The position numbers and the translations under genes were made by a program. Under the pieces are notes generated by a model. It did no database searches. It was not told the DNA's origin and saw only the letters and a program-made list of their open reading frames with translations. Source: Turneriella sp. (lineage in GTDB: Bacteria; Spirochaetota; Leptospiria; Turneriellales; Turneriellaceae). From it: a stretch of DNA of 64,000 nucleotides. Shown here piece by piece: positions 61,601-64,000 of the stretch. Position 1 is the first letter of the stretch. Every line of letters starts with the position of its first letter. The stretch lies in NCBI GenBank assembly GCA_965279515.1, contig CBDIID010000003.1, forward strand, positions 2,400,001 through 2,464,000. The letters are read 5' to 3'.

Positions 61601-63974
61601 GCCACTGGTCAAACGCGGTAATGAGACCGTTTAAATCTGTACCGACATTCACCGCGCCAGCTCCGATAACAGTACCCAACGCGTTCTTTTCGGTAACAAT
61701 CTGCCCTTCGCGGGTGTAGATGGTATTGAGATCAATGCCGCGCGCCGCGAGCAGGGTATTGAATTCCGTATCGCGTGTTGCCGCATTGGTTTTAACCAGT
61801 GGATTTAAGGCGATATCGCCCTTCAATATCTTGTACTTGATTTCGGCAAGGTCGGTATAGACTTTCTGGATGTCCGCAGATTCTTTCGTGACCTGCGCGA
61901 GTTCAAGACCCGCACCCGAAGCATTCGCTACGCGCGCGTAGTTATAGACCGCTTCAGACGTCGCAAGTTGCTGAGCGAGAAAATTGCGGCGATTCCGTAG
62001 GAGCTCCCACTCATATTCGGCCTGTGTCATGAGGTAGGGATCGTTATCGTTACCCGTCAGATAGTTGCCGCCATAGGGCGTATTGAAGTAGGCCGTGACG
62101 CGGTTAAAAAGCGACTGGTCAACGTTCATGCCCTGCGTGAGCAGGGTCTGCACCTGCGTCTGCAGCGCTGCTTTTTTCGACGCTTCATCGGGGTAGGTTG
62201 CGTTGTCGTTATTAATCGTATTCCAGAGCGCGAGGATATCCGCCTTAACATTGGCGTGTTCATCGCTGTAGGCATTTACTTTCGCAGTGACGTCGGCAAA
62301 GGCATAGGTGCCACTGAACCAGCTTCCTAAATCGGCACCAAGATACTGGCTCGAGACGGCATAGGTATCGGCTCTCTGGATTTCACGCCGGAGATCGCGG
62401 TCATACAGAACATAGGCTTCGGTAAAGGTATCGAGTTTCGCCTGCAACGCGGTCTTGAAGCCCGATGCTCCCAAAGCCTGGATTTCAGAGGGCACAGTGC
62501 CAGCAAAAACACGTCTGTCTACGAGGTAACCGCTGTCGGCATTCTGTGAAAGCATCGTGCTCTGCATTTCGGTGCGCACATTGGCAAGCAGGGTATTAAA
62601 TGTGCCGAGCGCGGAGTTAAAATAGCCGATCTGCTGAGTATAAAAGTCCCTGATTTCCTGTTGTGATGTATCAGGCAAGACAGAGCTGTAGAAAGCAACA
62701 GCATCCTGCGCCTGTGACAGGGCAGAGCCGCCCGTGGTCACCATGTCTATGAGCTTATCGTTATAACCGTTCCAGCGGTCGTTTTCCGTGACCAGAAGGC
62801 GTTGAAATTCCGCATCGGCTCTTTGCCGTTCGTCAGCAAACTGCACATACTTCTGATCCCAGAGGGTGCGGCCTTGCTGAATCTGTGTCCTGACGTCTGT
62901 CATCCATTTCTCTTTCTCTGCGCGTATACGTTCGTACTGCGCCTTCCAGATGTCGCCGCCGTCTTTTAAGAGCTTCTTTTCCTTGTTCGCCCATTCGATG
63001 CGCTTCTCCATCAGGTCTTCTTCGGCGACCTCCCACGATTTTAGCCCTTGACTTACAATCGCCTCAACCTGACGTTGCCAGTCTGTGCCGAGATTGTTCA
63101 TGTCGGCAGATTGCTGGCCTAAAGCGGCGTTCACCGCTTGCTGCAAGGCCTGGGTCGTCATGCCAGTGACACTGTCCCAGGTTTGCTTTAAGAGTTGGTC
63201 GGTGATATACGCTGCGGATTCTTTCTCTGAATCCGATTTAGCACTGCCCAGGTCTGAGCGTTTCTCTGCGATATACTGATTACGTGCGCGGCGCAGGTAA
63301 TAGTTCTGCTTAAGTTCATACTCCGACTTAATCGATGCTTCCACCTTGGCGAGTTCTGCATCGAATGCAGTTCGCTCGGCACCCGAAAGCGCGAGATTTG
63401 CTGATGCAATACGGTTGACCTCTGCGGTCAAAAGAGATTGAAACTGCGTTTCTACCGCTGCATTGTCGCCCTGAACCGTTGCATCCCAGAGTGCAAGGTT
63501 AAGATCGGTGCCCAAAACCGCCGTACGTGCTTTGGTAATAATCTGCCGGTACTTTTCTTCGTCGACTTCGGCAACGAAAGCGTTGCCAACAATAGCCTTC
63601 CACTTGCCCCGCTCCGAGACAACCCTGTCTGCGGCCGCGGAAAGCCAGTCGAGCTTTGCCTGATCGAACACTGCCTGTGCGGCATTCTTCTGCACTAACT
63701 TCTGCGCGTCATCGAGGCCCGTCGTTTCATCGACCGTCTTTTTCTCTGCGTCCAGAACAGAACGCGCTTCGGATTCCCACTGTGCTTCTGAGACGCCTAA
63801 CCCCTGATCGACAAAATTCTGCCAAGTAGCTTCCGTCGACAGCGTCTTGCCGCGGTCGAAGTAATTTTCCATTTGTGTTTTACCGCGCTCGTCGAAGGTC
63901 TTATATTGTGGCGCGGCGGCGAGAGCCGTCGTAAAAGGCAGTATCGCAAATAGATATATAAAGACAAAATTCAA
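49659..63974 (-). CDS. Giant (>=4771 aa) secreted helical protein with C-terminal C39-like cysteine peptidase domain; resembles Leptospira TIGR04388-type large proteins; candidate polymorphic toxin
   Basis: Uninterrupted 14.3-kb ORF; signal peptide; coiled coils; hydrophobic Gly/Ala segments; YFNQ...ACN, GHTMNIVG, KVWD at the C-terminus; frame is open to the window edge, so the true start may be further upstream. Confidence 0.8.
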   Translation of the reverse strand: MNFVFIYLFAILPFTTALAAAPQYKTFDERGKTQMENYFDRGKTLSTEATWQNFVDQGLGVSEAQWESEARSVLDAEKKTVDETTGLDDAQKLVQKNAAQAVFDQAKLDWLSAAADRVVSERGKWKAIVGNAFVAEVDEEKYRQIITKARTAVLGTDLNLALWDATVQGDNAAVETQFQSLLTAEVNRIASANLALSGAERTAFDAELAKVEASIKSEYELKQNYYLRRARNQYIAEKRSDLGSAKSDSEKESAAYITDQLLKQTWDSVTGMTTQALQQAVNAALGQQSADMNNLGTDWQRQVEAIVSQGLKSWEVAEEDLMEKRIEWANKEKKLLKDGGDIWKAQYERIRAEKEKWMTDVRTQIQQGRTLWDQKYVQFADERQRADAEFQRLLVTENDRWNGYNDKLIDMVTTGGSALSQAQDAVAFYSSVLPDTSQQEIRDFYTQQIGYFNSALGTFNTLLANVRTEMQSTMLSQNADSGYLVDRRVFAGTVPSEIQALGASGFKTALQAKLDTFTEAYVLYDRDLRREIQRADTYAVSSQYLGADLGSWFSGTYAFADVTAKVNAYSDEHANVKADILALWNTINNDNATYPDEASKKAALQTQVQTLLTQGMNVDQSLFNRVTAYFNTPYGGNYLTGNDNDPYLMTQAEYEWELLRNRRNFLAQQLATSEAVYNYARVANASGAGLELAQVTKESADIQKVYTDLAEIKYKILKGDIALNPLVKTNAATRDTEFNTLLAARGIDLNTIYTREGQIVTEKNALGTVIGAGAVNVGTDLNGLITAFDQWRGTNPATPSGTANNVHYLQQFSDKLIQLKNEWTVGLTGDALLEKQQRWTQLKAAANALNQSLTDLQGNYRFSELAAIIADVKGAMVPGNPLLMNLTELGAQLQADKSLIEAQAVVVAGAKAAYDLQQDIYRQTKKNFDVIALPNSQAIIATEISNMGQQLAAVTNRMVLVNGVTEMKDVVSASELDYYRLLRERTEAQKDLGFTTKVLQSIENLKVARTQTAELDTMLTAGFAGKDIATIAADFKAKENDFLKRTGPVVNWSQTIDLFDGIETRKNAYVLAQTALQTAIGGGNAATIAQKEKELLIATEALRQNIDGFIVSLRMEKKINSEALDYLLDTQSNLGGQTAILNATTLQKEVGDAVTRTNAQYERLNEAAVNHLQGLVSAVITGNNQAVSNSETLLKTVDDQIAQILGGNQRNNAGNAWVNGSSYDFGLFEGKTDTSFNVTLEKLWIVRSYLTDANVKARIDNLSSIPPPGGQTIEQKWQKFLEEVQFYQQKNQIFSDVTSQAPQSATDAWVTNFNSTRGALRNQLTTILGAPNATAAQAALTSYLNSLTPQQADDTRFIIQSYIGHYVNEGSTVNLVADLTNARNGMTQELQKLNLNYGAIWAKEQYLSKDREARTYETQLAAKIGQIQTKAVAIQGIDGDIATLTALALTVSGGELTAINNEITQKTNEKTALQNDIDQLNIDAGALRTTIDPLRAYASELISRGSSLVMAPFVQNSLWQYRIEEEGYRRLNSEWSAVKDASYRAEQAAAEQGLADTIKQVIGFYQKDAYGNIRRDVSGQPLVDTAFLTANNLPGTTPASADISVLLGGNQSGSSLENWVAVLTQYVDRAQAERKTVPDNLKQAISGLESSLIEYLSAQAYIANRQTAVATINTNTDNTRTLETERLKNIAKVLAFYQNINNAMSNYDTANGTSPLGAYSAFVAELSKTQNKDLLNLFSVTAVGPDAAVHDSLTELFALSGQLKEVREQLYSAKIQKQFLEARQAAYAQNKVLSVSEFIAGVDVLKTAAIQTSITNITADANFVAGVTAYLTGSSASELYLSKLWDIVTANPVVGDPVTHAGSLKSMLLNALQGDAFTTQVKSELNALSPRDLYQAAGSAGASIDAFIAQQAVRADSFRTALDAYLNSIPGATTTATAIGLVNTWMANTANVPEMQQDYAAEIKYLMQGLNAGMPLGQFRTELTNFTALLANPSATEQQKFTDLARQSELTAALNRYHYASNFTAADYPVEVRNFILLRGYNDLNAAYQEFLRLKNSTIADEQNRASLNLSGHPQEMQRHFYLNDFYSFLDEGGAAGSGQALQDYLAGGGAKDTNGFIAQYLLSRKIDASVTGSDLLNEFRNIILHARHSALGTDLNPGLANQVDVNTEAKEFRTRILMAKFDDYLQTNNPAAGMNAAAFKTFFDTFLNDNTYRISGVELKDQLSGNIELVDFRNKAFAYYGLNNNGGGNLSVYMPSLYSGVMSAATFASDARVNADTLLPAALTAIANYKTTGQGYTNSLSDALKTVYLKQKLSENLALDAGMMTNAQIAQMISTSGYTISAAVEATLNTYFNDIALATKVAAGSAGQPPSPSQALFNLRLTATVENVFSADPVAKEGFIANRANLSALENASYSALEGASARVRDLAQNNEAGFMLAAWMTVLGLSLAGNAAANTFYNGLNPQNKTAFDDYALSLGTKLSAENRKFMGDYLTELTTYVSLPVSVSGILFKGDLSKSETTVRAAAEHLSTPALRAAATQNFNEFYKAFAQYMQGSGTGVTLGATTITAADFAKMAAELNTQEKGFFEAEQSRLTQFFNTIQETTAQRNKVARLMSDASLTNATFATDVSYEIKVAEALAQANLTAVTDAIGQKLKNNQAVTTGRQRVFGRNYAVADNLKRFAALRGDTANLANGGSLFLDYRSFVKSVADKQRVLFPNETPATLPAYLQGKTLKQNVLNGGAGYAGAALEAMFAAGTYGAQLVSDAAPVLPADQVSWTVGPDTFNANLQSINKVNTDANPDLTVAFSEHLANNYLTAVSGMNRALASIFAMAETTDAASANNGRAQVVAGLLGAITTFKGGGSIDDLKNAVTAVKDSRNTQLLDDNATTGLSENVVLGKQKAIEQNTAAVRDSRQKLAEAAHRDVLLGSNARGFLNQQFNQVYADLNAAEAAYNTQIAAQTALKNTYVQHFTYYTDALNTMSGAFKNFQVENSDYEKKAAVKDFATTAYLFASSTQASSANEADAYQMYLSAKQRYDQTQAQLTAKADEVRTQDTLTQLSDLITKIDQGLPLTAQETAMRATYQNFIDARKEYVLESERMIRVKKAQEILNAEIEKRKAIAALKLAAYNEAKDNLIKPTDPNNKPQVYNRDKSIATLMAIKASGGNGALMDVLSGMFYTEGAYESGGNIFIAGTTENGMNEAAVHNDRNQKLAAYNGLNPADKALLDQFRAYAAAGQLNSGDYGAFKAANASMIQEWEKREEKRHFMNWTIGVMTPVIAAGGVFLAIAKGMYATAAALAASLFGGAFAGPFLAAGAFNTKVGFGLIIPATIAITVAVMQYNDQDNTWQNKINGLNFQRDQISNKLGVIKQKEEEYLIAQAAVDYFTKAPSQQVLKDRLVQWGGQNAKYALSDSDLRYVRDTKQNYIDSTGVTYTAGAHCPPTGSCTNDAARASNITALTETPEFATAAGDLYDPSQTTTQNLESTMQGGFYWLNGDKYIKIKKMSHNGTMTDTYAKYITAPIAAGGVWDTYDLGRVMNLTSNHTDSLRANLKQSYLTAGGAHEQTLMLNEREKTMWSLWDYADNQGKQFKGFQVLAGDYQENSTNVFQVQQQQNASLVTQQWDLRRAELDAARARWENLATTIESRGTESFNASEQKFLKAWRQWEIDTNRKIEAGKKQWDDKIRTFMAEKQNWQQEIKTAAMEQSLDKMLAATGSSLNERLRVLAANANIQTEIPEINVTDLVAQAMNDFESTRPSSEKIFSQINKSINAFNVTLELGNATHFKGFNNGNLEENFTQNMAEFSKKMAILNNVKLYENFKKMIESFKESLRKNDEKVAIALTAQAVSSGYTQQGGTYTKDEGMWGDYEFVAYRNANIEGMMERAMTEAGMTRLSSDDMVKFLETGRDTDVKLFFEVQTMALEQAFKIVGGDGSKKGLYGDYVGDIAQWKGPGGDLLSEGSGELGGWANGSKWNKLTYRGLHEEETRLADKKQVVYTTMNVASAVTGALTGNMWVSLAMASANTVVQTGAAFASGNNGWGQLGMGLIQGAGAFAGSFLGGLNYFGETSNLAKVGNAVVGAAAQQTTSYLMSGFQMQSDGSVGYSGPSRGAGFSALVQGGFSMLGAGINAKYGLGGGTAGSTVSTTFNALGSGFQFNDDGSMKAYNWEKAGTSFAANMASTVASGYAGNMSKSDLVGTQVGRLANTITASLLGDKNAWNAYGPEGIFNTLGTYAGGEMAKMVNNRGADRNSLPANQQPFRELIGGGAIIAARREEGKDNDVLGGILDGFKAIGSAVGDTGSAIGRGASSAWNSTKNFFSDLGTGISNTFQKTVNFVSGSGFNTNAQVEAMKIAALSGSTGNKVDYGALAQGNTEYAKKVGGTREHAYVATKLGGTLSNIDGGLVVMFPDGTWKDIGETDLIVANHELYGKEVKLTNVMFGEAAAAQAQMMQKRAELVKAAYHAKDRPTAQKMIESMNLSDKEKAQLNQTLDTLYSDWHSGKMTTAQQTQLQAEGRASLAAWQGEAQRAAAEANRPNIFQRAWNSIFGSSTPRVVDGLATGANGFTPEYFNQFNLTPSSAGAEACNLNGARTNLASAMGRNITLPEAYGLGTANGSINPSDGYLSNYDLFADALGSDLRWQGRETNSAGQTWEFRSVADNPDHWRQLVQNELAEGRYPMIRVSGHTMNIVGNETINGQQYFKVWDQVSNDQNGGWTHLDASTVISTPMPGGSHGSEDRGWQLYHRNSTGTLENRVPTSPNRKNVVWGLGYYGR

Positions 63975-64000
63975 CAGGAAAGAAGTAAACCGAAAAAAGC

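Noticed and set aside
44932..64000. Prophage or integrase-bearing element at tRNA-Arg, with the giant ORF as a tape-measure protein
   Set aside because: No integrase, phage structural genes or duplicated tRNA 3' end seen in the window; the giant protein has a signal peptide.

Overview
Bacterial chromosomal segment of moderate GC. Gene families (SpoIIE/HAMP phosphatase, 7TM-DISM kinase, spirochaetal lipoboxes, DUF1564-like protein) suggest Leptospiraceae, probably Turneriella-like; this is an inference. 1-44.8 kb is mostly core or housekeeping: nuoM/nuoN, htrA, coaX, lptF/G, PilZ and CheY-like regulators, sufE, DAHP synthase, mreB, folC, ispG, malic enzyme and sensor proteins, with three copies of a G/C-run palindromic repeat, two of them translated as protein N-termini. 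After tRNA-Arg(CCG) (44860-44931) the window is an accessory island read entirely on the minus strand. It holds a >=4771-aa secreted, largely helical protein ending in an AT-rich papain-fold (C39-like, Cys-His-Asp) tip, overlapped by an AT-rich exported double-SH3 gene (candidate immunity). Next come an integron attC-like site, a two-gene envelope cassette, a second (damaged) attC-like site and a lipoprotein gene; both cassettes share an identical 18-bp palindromic leader motif. The island ends with two DUF3024-like paralogues and a third, deletion-riddled relic. The best candidate for an undescribed system is this giant polymorphic-toxin/immunity pair coupled to an attC cassette array, with no integrase visible in the window. 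All family calls come from motif recognition by eye; no searches were run.
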